Below are positions 50,401-64,000 of a DNA stretch of 64,000 bases, one piece after another. The notes under the pieces were generated by a model. The model worked only from the letters and a program-made list of their open reading frames with translations, ran no database searches and was not told where the DNA came from. The stretch spans positions 4,652,001 to 4,716,000 of the forward strand of contig CM119372.1 in the NCBI GenBank assembly GCA_051294905.1, given 5' to 3'. Position numbers and translations under genes: made by a program. Within the stretch, counting starts at the first letter, position 1. Each line of letters opens with the position of its first letter. This DNA is from Botryllus schlosseri (taxonomy: Eukaryota).

Positions 50401-53400
50401 CAATGTATGTTCGCGCTACTGCTATGTGTATATCTTATCTTTCGCAATTTTTTCTCAAATGTTTCCATTACGATGAAGTTTACAGCAGTATCTACTATCT
50501 TTCATATTGTTAGTAAAACAGATTTGGGTTTAAGACATTTCGGGGGTTGTTGGGAACTGTCAAATGACCCGCCCTGTGCTGTGGAAAGATGTGATCAGTA
50601 TGGAAGTCATAATAGGTGAATTTGTACTCGCAGGGTGCTGCCACATTAGCTATATGAGTGGTTGTGTTTTGAGACATATGCTGTGTAATGTTCTCGAGAC
50701 TCGTTACTTTGAGTGAGGTTGTGTGTTTTAGTGAAGTTGTCATAAACGCTCGTGTTATATTATTATTTAATCACAACCGCAGACGAGGCGCCATGCGTCC
50801 TCCATAATTTTGATAGCATTAGCTGCGAGAACACTATTTATTATCATACGGTTGATTTCGGAAGTTCAAAGCGTCTGTATATTGCTTCAGATTCAGATTA
50901 TATTTGGCAGAATTTTACTGCGAAACTTGTTACAAACACCATGTACTACGTAGATCACCGTTGTATCCTCTAGGCAGTTTTGGCCTGACCACCGTTGAAA
51001 TATATTTATTTCTATCCAAGGATGAGTTTGTGTACTAGTTATTCACTGTGAGACGACTGATAAAGAAAACCGTCAGTCCGTTGGCAGCGAATTGGTCATT
51101 TGCCATCATGGTGTGTAGGTTGAGACATGCTGTGAAATGGGTAAGAGCATCTTTATTGCTACACTGTTAAGACCCTGGAAACTAGTCCATTTCTGACTAA
51201 GAGTATTACGCTGCCAATAGAGGTTTGTCGCGTGGAACATCGTGTGTTCTGTATGGAACTGTGAAATATCAAAGTCTGAAGCTGCTGTGGTCAATGCCGT
51301 AAGGTTTTAATTTCCATATTCGTGAATCACTTGATACGGCGGTGAGCGGTGACATAGTTAATCGCTACTGTGAGATTTGAATCGGCACTGTAAGCTGTTT
51401 TCTTCCCAGTAACAGTTTCATGTTGAGGATATGCGACATGGTTCTTTTGTTATGTGCTACCTTTTTTTGTCTTGCGATACAGGTTTTGTGATTTTTGTGC
51501 TTGCAAGATTATCGTAACAACACGCACACATTCGTCAGCTTATTAGATCCATAATTTTATGTTCCTTGATAGAAAAAAATCACGTGCCCGCAAAGAAATC
51601 AAGAGGATGGTCTGCGAATGTGGTCTTGACGACGGTACGGACTGCGGGGCGCCTTGCGCAGAGAACTGCCTCAATCGTTTGCTCATGATTGAGTGCTCGT
51701 CCCGGTGTCATTATGGCAGCAAATGCACAAATAAAAGGTATGTTGAATCGTACGATCTTCCGAGTTATTCTGTGGTGGTAACTGGTGCTTCTTGTGATTG
51801 ATAAACACCTCAACATTCGACACACTTGGCATTCAGGTTACTAATGAAATCTGCGTTTTTTTTCAAGTGTAAATTTTCTTCCTTGTTTCACTACGGATTT
51901 TGCCCTGTTGCTGCCCCGCGTTATACACATCAAGTTACATATTTGGTTCGTTACAAGTCCGGTTGAATCTTCATTATTATCATGTAGGCCTAATTCAGCA
52001 CTTATAGACCTTTCTTAACCTTGCGAACCCTTATGCTTTATCTGCAGGCACATCTAATACAAAAGTAAATCCACAAAATGAACTGTACGTGTACCCGAGT
52101 GATTCAATTCTAAATCGAGTATTCGGCTGAGGACTTGATATGATGTTGAAGCAGTATTAGTTTTGTGGAAGGCTCAACTATGTATATTTTATGTGCCCAC
52201 ATTGAAGGTTACTTGGTACTTTTTCAGCCATACCTATTTCTTCGCACTTTGTGACAATGCTGACACATGTGTCATTTCCACTGATGTGGGTAGCTTTGGG
52301 GTACATGTTTTGTATGCGACGATACGACCAATCAAGGTTTACAGCCTTCCATAACGGGAAACAGTATCGAAACCACATAATTCTCGTTGATAAATTAACT
52401 CTTAGTGGGAAAGGAGCGTGTAATTTCAATACTCGGAAAAATCATACCTCATTACTCTACTCGAATCATGAATAATGACAGCCAATCTGTGTGACCTGTG
52501 CTGTATGTGTATGGGCCTTTGGCGAACCCCTATGACTGGCTCAGCAAACCCCTGGGGCTCGTGTGAACCACCGATATTTCAACTTCCAAACCTACTAGGA
52601 TAGGGAAAACCCATTTGTATCGATTTTGAGAATACATATTCCGATTGCTCAACAGTCCCTTTTTGTCGTTCACTTTTAATAAATGACACGGCGTGGCGTT
52701 AGGTTTCAGACGCGCAATTACGCCCCCACCGAAGTCTTCAAAACTCACTACAAGGGATGGGGAATTCGGGCCGCCTCCGATATCGTACCCGGCGAGCTTG
52801 TCATGGAGTATTGCGGCGAGGTCGTGGACCAACGCGAGTTTACCAGACGGTCGCTGGAATATTCGAAAAGCAACCACGCCCATTTTTACTTCATGGCTTT
52901 GTCTCAGGACGAGGTATGGCAGTTTCCTGTTATATTTACAGTCAGTTGTAGCATTGGTACAGGCTTGCACAACTAGATAATTGTAGTTGTCTTATTAGAC
53001 TAAATTATGGGGCCTAATGCCAGTAAACTAATTGTGAAATGTTTCTTTGCTCTAATTTTAATTGTAATCTAATTTGTGAAATGCTGCCATTCTCTCATCA
53101 TAATTCTAAGCTAATTTCTGGTTTCCTCCGAAAATGCTACATAATTGCATAGTGCAAAATGAGCCAAGCTTTCTGTGCAGATATTTGCCACGCTTGTCCT
53201 CGTAAGAACTATGATTTGATATTAACTCCTAATCTATGCATCGTTTTTTAGATAACTTATCAATTTCTTCGGGTTTCCAGTCAAATTTGAATTTTTAAGC
53301 AATTTAAATTTCCTAGCTTCAATAGTTTTGCTTCTATATATTGGACTTGAGCCAAACTTGGTGTACAGCATTTTTTTTAGGCAACCTGCCGATTTTATGG

Positions 53401-56400
53401 AGTAGCCGGTAAAATTTGAAGAAAAAATTTTAGGTGAACATTGAACAACTCTAGTCCACACATTGTGACAGTGTGTTTCGTTGTAAATACTCAGTATTTA
53501 GAAGTCTTGTATGCCTCACGCTGGTAATGGGCTTTCCGTTCTGGCACTGTGGTCTGAATAGCAGATCAGCAGACTGTGCAGATCATGAAAAGTGTGTATT
53601 ATCCAAATAGGTATGTAGAGTTGAGTGCAAAATTAGATGCATCATGCAATGCAAAATGCAATGCAAAATTCTGGCTTGCCAGTGGTTACGGCTAAAGAGG
53701 TATTAATCCAATTGAGGGGAGTCATTATATGACGGACTTCGCTGAGTTTTCATATCTCAACATCTCAGCGCCGGAATCATCACAATTTGGAAGGAAAAAT
53801 AACACTGGTCAACGCACATGTTGGTGCCAAGAAAGTTTCAACGGTTTTAGGGTATTTTTAGGTCGCTGAATCGAAAAATGACATTAGTTTTCCTGAATAG
53901 GCTCGATATTTTCAAATATTCCATATTTTTGGTTTGAAAAGTGCTAAAAATACAGAAATTGTGACATAGGTAAAATGCTCTTTGTATACTGCGGATCTTT
54001 GTGTAGTACGGTTTTAGGGCATTCTTATGTCGCTGAATCCGAAAATGACATTATTTTTTTCCGAATAGACCCTATTCTTTGAGATATCCGACGTTTTGCT
54101 TTGGAAAAGTGCTCAAAATACGCAAATTTTGGCATAGGAAAATTCCACTTTATATTCTACGACTTCGATGAGTTCACATCTGTCTCTGCAAGTGCGTGCA
54201 TACAGTATTGTTCTATTTCTGAAGCGATATCGTTGAAGACGCAATCGTTAACGCAGAGAGCCATCTATACGCGAGTCCTGTTTCATATGAAAATCAAGCA
54301 AAAATTATAAAAATTAGGCGATATTGGCGGTAAACAACATATTTTTGTAAATAAATGACAGGTGCCGTCAAATCCCAAACACTACGTTCAGTAACGCTCA
54401 AAGTTCAGTTAGGAAGCTGTCAAAGCACGCTAATCAATCATGCACCTCCATTTTCAGTAAAAGCCCTTCGATGTCTTTGCAGTAAAAATGTTCATCTTGC
54501 TGGCTAAAATACGGAAGTAATTCTTTCTCTCGTGTACGGTAAAATGTTGTTCAAGGTCCAGTTCGAAGGCAGTTTTTGTTTCCGAGTCGGGTACTTCCTC
54601 AGAGTGAGGCACAGATCGACGAGAATATTCTAAATCTGCGTCCTTCCAAGTATTCTACTTACGACGATTAAATAAAATAAATAAAAAATAAATAAATAAA
54701 GAATATCGATATCTCAAAAAGTAGAGCCAATTCAGAGAAACGGATGTCATTTTCGGACTCAGCAGCCCAAACATACCAAGAAACCATAACAATATCTTTG
54801 GCACTTCAAAATTAGTTATTTTTTCTTGGCCAGTGTAATGAACTACCGGTAGCTTATGAAAGAAGTCTAATGCTCAATTCCTCGATTATCTTAGTCAGTT
54901 ATATACTGTTTTTATTACGAATAACATATGTTTTAGTGAGGAACTGTTCTGTTTGCAGGTGATCGACGCCACTTACAAGGGTAATGCGTCGCGGTTTATA
55001 AATCATAGTTGCGACCCGAACGCAGAGACTCAGAAATGGACCGTGAACGGGAGATTGCGTGTTGGATTTTTTACCGTGAAACCGATTAAAAAGGGCGACG
55101 AAATTACGTTTGATTACCAGTTTGAGAGATATGGGTAAGTGTGACAATACCTCTGTATACATTTGTCAAATTTTGCTATTGAACTATTCAGATTCCACCT
55201 TAGTGCCAGAATAATAGACATTTTATGTGATATGCGACGCGCGGTAATATTAACCGCTAAATCTTCTGGACAAAAAAATATTTTCAAGACCAATGTAGCG
55301 ACATACCAGCCGATTGTCAGTGATGTAGAGATGGTAGAAAATATCTGGCTTGAAATTGCGCGGTGAATTCAATTAACAGCTATGGACTATACACCCTCGA
55401 ATTCTTGCCTCGATAGGATTACGTTTGAGGGCAGAAAAATCGTCCGAACGAAAATTTGTCTATATTTTCTTGAAAAAATTTGTAACATAGTAGTTGGCTT
55501 TGCCAATGAATTGAGTCGTGAAATTCTTGACTCGATAGAAATACGCATGCAGGCCACGAAAACCAGCTGAAAAAATGAATTTTTGTCCATATTTTTTTAA
55601 AACGCTCGGAACTATAGTGGTAGGCGTTGCTAAGGAGTTAAATGAATAGTTATGGATCCTATAATTCTTGACTTGGAATTACGCTTGCAAAAATGTGGGT
55701 TGCAACAATCTACTGAAAAAATGAATATTTCTCATATTTTCTTGAATTTTTTTTAAATATAGTAGCAGGCTTTGCGAAAAATGCAACCAAATCACCAAGT
55801 AACACTTGTCGCGATAACCTTGGTATTAAAATTGAAAGTACTCAATTAGAATATGACCTCTGGCATTGCATTGTCGGGTTCAAAGAAGTTTTGACGGGGA
55901 AATCTTGGAAAAATTCAATTTTGTCAACATAACAACATTTGTTCAAATTTTCTTGAAGAAATTTGAAATATAGCAGTAGTCTTCACCAAAATGCAACCAA
56001 ATTAGCAATCAACACTTGCCCAACTGACTTGGGATGAAAATTGGAATATATAGCTTTGATATGGAAATTTTTGGGGAGAATCAAAATTTATTCACATGAA
56101 AAACATTTCGCTTCAGAGGAGTTACGATGGGAAAATTTCTATACTTACCGCTAACTGCAACCAGGCCCTGTTACCAGCATGTTGCGTTGAGCGAGACTGT
56201 TTTTATCGCAGTAAAATCGCGCAAAAGTGTTTCTGCGGCGCCGCGAAGTGTCGCGGGTATCTCGGCAAGGCGCCAGACGAGAACGAGGAGGACGAGTCCA
56301 AGTATTCGCGGCTGCTGTCCACCGAGACCTTCGCCGAAAGCGAGGACTCGCCGGAAAAGACGCAGAAGAAGAAGAAGATCTCGTTGTTTCGTGACGATAC

Positions 56401-59400
56401 GGTGCGTGAGATTTGTCATGAATTGTAATTCTTTGCCGAAAAAGCGAGTTTCACATTGTGCACCGGTACTACACTCGAGCATGAGTCGTTGTAACCCAAA
56501 ACTGACTCTAAACCCGACGCTGACCTGAGGTCAGTAACCGAGTGCTCTAGAAGCGGTTCTCAACCTTTTTAACGTCGCGGACCGGTACAATTTCAAAAAA
56601 TACTTGACTAACCGGTGGACTTTCAAAAGTTGAAATAAATCCAAAATGTAACGTATACAACCGTTTTTGCAAGCATATGGTGCGGTCGAGGTAAAATTAC
56701 CTTGCCCAGATAAACGTGCTGCCGCCGAGTGTCGTTTGCAGTCTTTCGCGCCAAAAGCCGTGCATTCAACGGATCCCGCCAACTCGAATAATTTTCTTCT
56801 CTTCGACGATAGCGAGAGAAGTATTACGGAGTAGAGAGAAGCACCTTGTCTTGCTGCCATGCTCATTGCCCATGCACTACCACCGGACGTATAGGCTATA
56901 CTCTGGCCACTACGAATAAAGTATGCACGGCACGAAAACACCTGTCCACAGCTATACCTGGCCATTCATAAAATCTTGGCTAAAAATGCACTTCGTCACC
57001 CCCCCATAAAGCGTTGGTCTTGTGCCACCCATAGGGTGATAAACCAAATTTTTGAGACCCCACAGTAGGATGGAGGTTTTCATCAGTAGTTGTGAGCACA
57101 TTTATTCTACTCAGTGTAGGAAGAGAGTATAGGATAACCTAATCGCACCGAGCGCGAAAATTGTCTATAATTTGTGACTGAATAGGTCAATAATTTTGGT
57201 AATTTTTAATTGCATATATATTGCTATAATTTTATTTAATCACTCGGAAATCTCAGATTTTCCGGTCATCAAAGGGCAGTAGTTTTCGGCCAAGGTTTCT
57301 CGCTGCCGAACATTTGACACACGTCTCGGAGTCCCATGTTAACCTAAACTTCAATATGTGTTTCGTGCGTCGCGGGGCGGTAATGGCTGACGGCGAAATG
57401 CTACGATCTATAAATCATGTGTACGTCTTGGGGGAAGGGGACCCAATAACGAAGACATTTTGTGATACCAAATCACGTAAAAATCGAACATGTTTCCAGA
57501 CCTATAGTGCACGAAGTTATGAATCAGTTTAAAATTAGATGTTTAATTTTTTTTTTCTATAGACAAGCCTTCAACATATCGCATCTTGAAATTAAGGTAT
57601 AAAATTACAATATACCTGGCGGACCGGTTGAAAAGTCGTCGCGGACCGGCGGTTGAGAACCACTGCTCTGGTAGATTGTGCCTACTTGGAGGATTATGAT
57701 TAAAATAGTATTTACGTTATTTATTATAGTGGTGCCCACCGTAAATACTATTCTATTCAAAACCAAATTTTTCGACATCAATAACTCCGCTTCCACTGGT
57801 TGGAATTGAACCAAATTTGGTGAACATCGTTTCTATAGACAACCTAACACTTTCATGGGGTGAACAGAAAATTTTCAAATTTTTTGTTATTTATTGTTAT
57901 ATAATAAACAGAAACTTTCTTCTCATGTAGCAATGCGGCTACTAGTTGGAATTGAGCCAAATTTGGTGTGTAGGCTTAAATTAGGTAACCTAACAACTTT
58001 ATCAAGTAGCCAGTACAATTTGAGAAAGAAGTCATTTTTGAAGACCCCTAGTATTCATATTGAAATGAACCCGAATATTTTCGGCTGACGCTCGTCAGGG
58101 GTAATCGTCAGCCGCTAGTAGAGAATTGGAAATCACTTTGTGTATCGACAATCGTCAGGGTTGTAGTGACCCGAGTCACGATTTTCTGATGACTGGACTT
58201 GACTCGAGTCATTTTCTCAGAATACTGAAATGACTCGACTCGACTCGAGTCATTGCGCGTGACTCGAACCAAGTCATATGACTCGAGACTCAGACGGCCA
58301 AGACCGACGTTCCATTGTAATTTCGTAGAATTGTGAAGTAACCACACTATTGGGATTTCGTCTATTGGCACTGGTACTTGAAAATGCGACCAGAAACTGC
58401 TGAAAGTGAAGAAAATTTGTATATTATAAATGTGAACCATTCGATATCACCAAACAGAGTTATCAAAAACAGGATTAACAAGACTTTAACTGGAAACTGA
58501 GCAGTCAACACAATGACTTGGACTCGTTTGGTTTCGATTGTAGGCTAGCAAGCTCTTTCCGAGTAGGACACGGCCACTTGATTAAGAATCGCGCGTAGAC
58601 AAAACACAGCCGACAACCTCTGTTCAGATGCTCGATTTTGCCGAGCCTAAATTTTTTTTTGGTAATTTTCTTTCAGATGGAGAAAGACATCTTGAAATTG
58701 AAAAGCGGCCTGCAGTCGACGAAAGACGTCTTGACGCTGTCGCGTTTGATGGTGCGGTGCGACACCCACGCGCAAAGGTCGATGTGCCTACGGGTGCTCG
58801 AAGCCACCACGTGTCAAACCAGACTCAAGTATGTCTTCTTTTGTGCGGATGTGCTGTGGTGTAAGCAGTCAGCGCTGATAGTTGAGAAGTATCAGTAATG
58901 CGGCGAATTTCAAGACGTGTCCAGGTGTAGTCGCGAGTTTTGAAAAGTTCTACTTCTAGTTGCGCTTTTTCAAAACCCAGTTTGTACTGTACAAGGCCGA
59001 GTTCCATATCAATGGGAATCTGTCAGCCGATTACAATACCGACCGTGCTACGATACGCCCAAATGAAGGTACATTGATTTATTTCAACTCGCGTAACACC
59101 AACCTTACCTTGGCAGAACGTTTCTGCGATTCCACGGCCTCTCGATAATCTGGAGCTGGATGGTGGACGTCAGTTGCGAGGTCAGCGACGAGGCGGCCAC
59201 CCTGCGAATGGACATTATCGATACGCTCTGCATTCTGCCGATCACCAACAAAAACGTCATCGAAGACAGCAAGGTGTTGTCGGTGGTGCAACGGTGGGCG
59301 AAGCCGGAGGAGGAAGAAAAGCCGGAGGCTGATGAGAAAACGGAGACGGGAAAGAGCGTGAAAGCGGAAGAGGAGACTGAGAAAGGTTTGTGACTTTAAC

Positions 59401-62400
59401 AGATCGTAAGGATGGGGCCGTAGTTTCACGAAAAAGAAATTTTTTTGCTTTTTCAAATTGTTTTAGAATTAGAATGATAGCCACACTGCTTTTCACAATT
59501 TCGCTTAGCATTAATGTTGAAGCAAACTTTTTTTTTTACAAATTAGATCAGAGTTAGAATCATAGCCACACAAGTTTTTTTTACGATTAGAATTAGAATT
59601 AAAGCAAACCTTTTCTTTACAAATTACAATACAATTAGAATTATAGCAACACTGTATTTTACAGTTTCGATTAGAATTAGAATTATAGCAACAAAGTTTT
59701 GTTACAAATTACATTACAATTAGAATTATAGCAACACTGTATTTTACAATTTCGATTAGAATTAGAATTATAGCAACATAGTCTTGTTACAAATTACATT
59801 ACAATTAGAATTATAGCAACAATGTATTTTACAATTTCGATTAGAATTAGAATTATAGCAACATAGTCTTGTTACAAATTACATTACAATTAGAATTATA
59901 GCAACACTGTATTTTACAATTTCGATTAGAATTAGAATTATAGCAACATAGTCTTGTTACAAATTACATTACAATTAGAATTATAGCAACAATGTATTTT
60001 ACAATTTCGATTAGAATTTCAATGATAGCAACACGGTTATTTTATAAATCAGATTCGAAATGTTGGATTCGGAAAATTCGGAAATTGAATCCATTCAGCC
60101 TTTTCCAAATTCGATTAGAATCAGAATTGTGGCGACAGTGTTTTACAATTTAGACTGGAATTCCAATTATAGTAACAGTTTTTACAAATTTCGATGACAA
60201 TTAGAATTCTGATTGCCTAGTTGTCCAAATCTCGGTGGTGTATTGGTTAAAATGCAGGTTATTTTTCAGACATTGTCTCTACTGCAGAACCTAGTGATCC
60301 AGTTTCTACCGTCGACGATGAGAAAGTCTGTGACGTCCTTAAAGTTCCGGTATGAAACTATATACTAGGTGTTCTTAATCTTCACTAATTTAGCGAACAC
60401 CAACGCTCCTCTGCAACCCTTCACGGAACCCAAAATTTTCGCCGTGTCAAAAAATCTGTGAGATGATTAAATAAGGAGTGGAGATCAAGCATTGAACGTT
60501 ACGTACCCTCGAATTCGTTTTGTTATGAGTGTGTTGGTGGGATTTTAAAATTTTGGTGTGTAATATAATCTTGTTTGCCAGGAGGCTCCAGTGCCAGATG
60601 AAGCAAGCAAGGAGGAAAAGGACAAAAATTCGCCCGATAAACTTATTCAAGCGGCGGCAAAGTTATTGGAATCGTGGAAGGATTTGAAAGAGATTTACAG
60701 GTTTGCGAATTTCAAAAGTCAAACCTATGCTAATCTAAGCAGCAGGGATGGGATTTTGTTTGAAAAAGAAAGGAATTTGATGGTTTTGGCTAGATTGAGA
60801 CGCGTGTTCAAGATTTTTTTGGAAACCAGATTCGGACTTTGGAACTTCAGCCGTTATCGAAGTCGTACGTGGGTTAGGATGTGATGCGATACTAATTCTG
60901 TATTCTGATTTTGACTTAGATTTGAAAATATCAATTCGACGGCACAAATTGAATGAAAATAGTCGAATCCTAAATATTGATTACGGAATTCAGAAAAATT
61001 CATCGTTTTGGCCGATGAATAAATAAATGAATACCAGGTGAATAAATTAATTACACAATTGAATAATATATTCATATTGCAATAAATCCGGATGTTTTGA
61101 ACAGTCACTAGTCAGCCGTAACCGTCAGCGACTAGTAACGATTTCAAAAGAACGTTGTATCAGCAATCCTGAAATGTGATCTCACAGGCATAAAAAATTT
61201 GAATAACCAATGCAAACAGATTTTTTCAAAATAAAAAACGATGGATTTTTCACTGAAAAATGAAAATTTTGACCTCGTGTATGTAAATTTCATACATAAT
61301 GTTACAGTTGTGTTACTTCTTTTCATTTGGTTGGAACTGTCTGTTCTTACGAAGCAGCTTGGCATGAAAAAAACTTTTTGTCTTGAAAAATGACAGATTT
61401 TTGCATGAAAAGGCTGTGAAATGTCAAACGATAAGTTCACCGACAGTGCAAACGTTTGTGACACCTACAAAATGCGGGTTGCGAAAGAATTTTGACTTTA
61501 GATTTTTGACCTAACGCTACAACTTGGACAAAATCGCCTTACTTTAAGCTGATATAAGTTGAATTATCCTTTAAATTTTTGCCAACGGCAAAATAAATAG
61601 ATTCATATTATTGAACAATAAACATTAAAAAACTAATACTAACAAATTACCGTAGATCAAACTTGTCAACGGACATTACTTTCATTACATCCATTGCCAG
61701 GATTCCGAAACGCGCAAGGCCGCCGTCGCCCGGGCAAGACTCGAACTCGCGAACATCATCGCCCACCCCGAAGCAGCCCAAAACGGAAGACGGCGAACAG
61801 AAGTTTTCGCGGTCCCACAACGCTTCCCGTGACGCCAGTCTGGAACGGTGGAAAGACCATAGTGAGAGACATTCGGAGACCAAATTTCGGGAGGGCCAGA
61901 CATCGCCGGGCAGCAACACCAGCAGCGAGAACAGACGAGAACCGGGCCGGAGGAGGAGGAGGTTTTCCACGGACAGCGGTGGGTGACCAGTTACCGCGCT
62001 GGACCAAACTTTTCACTCTAATAGCAATTAGTCAAAATTTCAAAAAAAACTTTTTTCCCCGGATTACGGGGATTCGTTGATTAAATTGTTAGGTAGCCTT
62101 AATTGCAACCAGCAGAAACCGCCCTAGAGACAATTGAAATTTTTGAATTTATTAAAAAAGTATTTAGATATTTTTTTCAAATTTCACTGTCAACCCCATG
62201 AAATTGTTGATTTATTTACAAAAACGATACAAAAGACATTTGACGCAATTACAACCCGTAGAAGCGAAGTTATTTGAGTTTTTCATCAATAATTCCGGAA
62301 TTACCCACTAACAATGCTGTTTTTGCAAATCCAAAACTTCTTGCTGCAATAACTTCGCTTCCACCGGTCGGGAGCGATGAAAAATTGTCGTGGGCCGTGC

Positions 62401-63996
62401 TTTTAGGTAACTTCACGGGGTTGACAGTAAAATTTGTGAAAAAAAAATTTAATTTATATCTAACGAATTTAGAAATTTCAATTTGTGCTGGTTAGAATTG
62501 AGCCAAATTAGGCGTGCAACAGTTTTTTTAGGCAACCGTACAATTTAATCAGTGAACGACCCTACTGTACAGTAAACACTATGACTTGGACTCGGACTCG
62601 AGTCTTGACACAGTGACTCGAACTTGAATCGGTGGCGAATTGAAAATGACTCGACTTGAGTCAAAACTATAACAGTGAAATTGACTTATGACTCGGAGCC
62701 TTGTGAGTTGGTTACACCCCTGGACCACTCGTAATAAAATGGATATCCCCGTAACTGCGACAATTATTAAAACAGTGCCATGAAGTCGAGTGAGGACTTT
62801 CCGATGAAATTTCTGCCGGACATAATTTGAAACAAAAATGGAAATATACCGGTTTTTGATGAGTTGTCCCGTGCGAATTAGTGATGTTTCGTCGTTTCGT
62901 CAGAGGACGGAACGGTGCCGTGGTTGAGCAAGGCGCCCAGACCTTCGAAGATGTCCCGGGAGGAACACAGGAGGAGGTTCGAGAAGGACGTGGAGAAGAA
63001 AGAACTGGAGAAACGGAAGATGGAGGAAATGGAGGCGGATATGGCTTGCAACGCGATCATCAATAGGCGAGTATCTGCTTTCTTTGTGATCCTGCTTTTG
63101 AGGTTGATTCTTTGCAATGCTGATATAGCTCGGATTGACTGCTATGATTTTCCATGTATAATGCGCCCAAATGCATAATATGCATCACAAAAATGGCGTG
63201 TCAATGCTGGAAAAGAAGCGGCGTCCATGTTTAATACGCACCCAAATTTTGACTTTACTCAAGTTCGTCATTACATTGTAATTTTCAGGCCAGCGATGAT
63301 ATCTTGCGAACCAGGCCTATTGCAGATGCGATTGTTCAGGCCAACGATGATATCGTGCGCACCAGGCCTGTTGTACCTGCGATTGTTCAGGCCAGCGTAA
63401 CCAGGCCTGCGCAGCGCATTCGCGACCGCATTGACTTGGTGCGAAAGATATCATCGCTGGCCTAACTATCGCGTTTGCAAGCTTATCATACGCGTAAAAT
63501 CGTCAGCATGAGGATATTGTATGATCGTGATTTACGCATGTAGTTAACCCCAATTGAATTAATGCTATATTGGTAAATTTGAAAATAATCCAAACCCCCC
63601 TTTTATTTCGCCCCCCCCCTTATTTTTTGGCTGGCTGCACTCCTGATTACATTATTCAATTGTATACTGAAGTTCTGAATCGCAAGTAATCTTGTTTATT
63701 CCCGTTGCAGTCAAAACCCTTACCCAGTCGAAACAGTTCCGCCCATGATGGACCAGAGCATGATGGACCAGAGTATGATGGACCTGGGCATGTCCATGAT
63801 GGCGCCCAGCACGACGTTTACTCCGGGCGGGGTTTCCGGAAATTTGATCCAAATCAACCCGGCCCAGGTTATGGTCGATCAGTACGGCCAGCCAGTCGAC
63901 ATGCAGCCTGTGATGCAACAGAGTATGTTCGACTCGCAAGTGGCCCTACAGCAGGGGTTCAATTTTCAGCAAGGCGTGCAGGGGGTGTATAGCCAG
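41431..63996 (+). CDS. SETD2: Histone-lysine N-methyltransferase SETD2 (H3K36), multi-exon; 3' end (WW/SRI region) lies beyond the window
   Basis: Phase-consistent exons: 41431-41453, 41589-42500, 43305-43511, 44299-44445, 45234-45534, 47109-48603, 49604-49654, 49965-50062, 50131-50225, 50285-50404, 51573-51737, 52703-52913, 54959-55134, 56212-56401, 58677-58828, 59117-59385, 60270-60349, 60582-60700, 61701-61978, 62904-63066, 63711-63996. Motifs: FDLLEENLYL; AWS CLNRLLMIECSSRC; SET KGWGIRA..YFMAL..IDATYKGNASRFINHSCDPNAETQKWTVNG..ITFDYQFERYG; post-SET KCFCGAAKCRGYLG; HGLSIIWSWM; LLESWKDLKEIYRIPK; MSREEHRRRFE. The N-terminal low-complexity exons are less certain. Confidence 0.93.
42730..42812 (+). 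repeat. Interspersed short repeat family (CTAGTTGCTGACGATTACCCCTGACGAG..GAAAATATTCGGG)
   Basis: Copies at about 8110-8190, 42730-42812, 43960-44040, 44660-44750 (inverted), 44780-44850 and 58050-58140 (inverted); class not determined. Confidence 0.75.
53803..54835 (-). mobile_element. Chapaev3-like (CMC superfamily) internally deleted DNA transposon in a SETD2 intron
   Basis: CACTGG(T/C)CAA TIRs and a 3-bp TAA TSD on both sides. Minus-strand remnants TFYRTREKELLPYFSQQDEHFYCKDIEGLL and SRRSVPHSEEVP resemble Chapaev3 transposase segments. Confidence 0.7.
56552..57665. mobile_element. hAT-Charlie element, inverted diverged copy of the 30122-31333 family
   Basis: Ends GCGGTTCTCAACC / GGTTGAGAACCACTG; internal sequence is the reverse complement of 30122-31333. 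Confidence 0.8.
59460..60210 (+). repeat. Intronic tandem repeat with an 85-bp higher-order unit built from two ~42-bp subunits
   Basis: CAAATTACA(T)TACAATTAGAATTATAGCAAC recurs at 59620, 59705, 59790, 59875 and 59960, with degenerate monomers on both flanks. Confidence 0.9.
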
Positions 63997-64000
63997 GTAC

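Noticed and set aside
59460..60210. CRISPR-like array
   Set aside because: There are no unique spacers or cas genes; it is a tandem repeat in a eukaryotic intron.
1..64000. Species assignment
   Set aside because: Gene content and ~60-bp minimal introns suggest a compact-genome invertebrate, possibly an ascidian, but this cannot be established without a database search.

Overview
Eukaryotic (invertebrate animal) genomic DNA, not prokaryotic: spliceosomal introns and dense interspersed repeats. From left to right: (1) the 3' part of a MAP3K1/MEKK1 kinase gene (+, 10 exons, stop at 8931). (2) Two convergent HHAT-like MBOAT acyltransferase genes with single-exon CDSs (13274-14911 +, 16853-18622 -). 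(3) A ~20 kb transposon-rich block holding two young but disabled CsRN1-clade Ty3/Gypsy LTR retrotransposons (19430-25351 and 32371-37419, both -). Each has apparently identical LTRs, a 4-bp TSD, a tRNA-Trp PBS and a readable -1 ribosomal frameshift signal. The block also holds nested hAT elements, a tRNA-derived SINE and a CR1/L2-like LINE 3' end. (4) A third single-exon HHAT-like gene (39362-40972 -) lying head-to-head with (5) a multi-exon SETD2 gene (+, from 41431, running off the window end), which includes a probable GC-AG intron, a Chapaev3 remnant and an 85-bp satellite. The most interesting candidate for something undescribed is the cluster of three diverged HHAT-like paralogs that all keep the catalytic residues. 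All calls are from manual reading; no searches were run.
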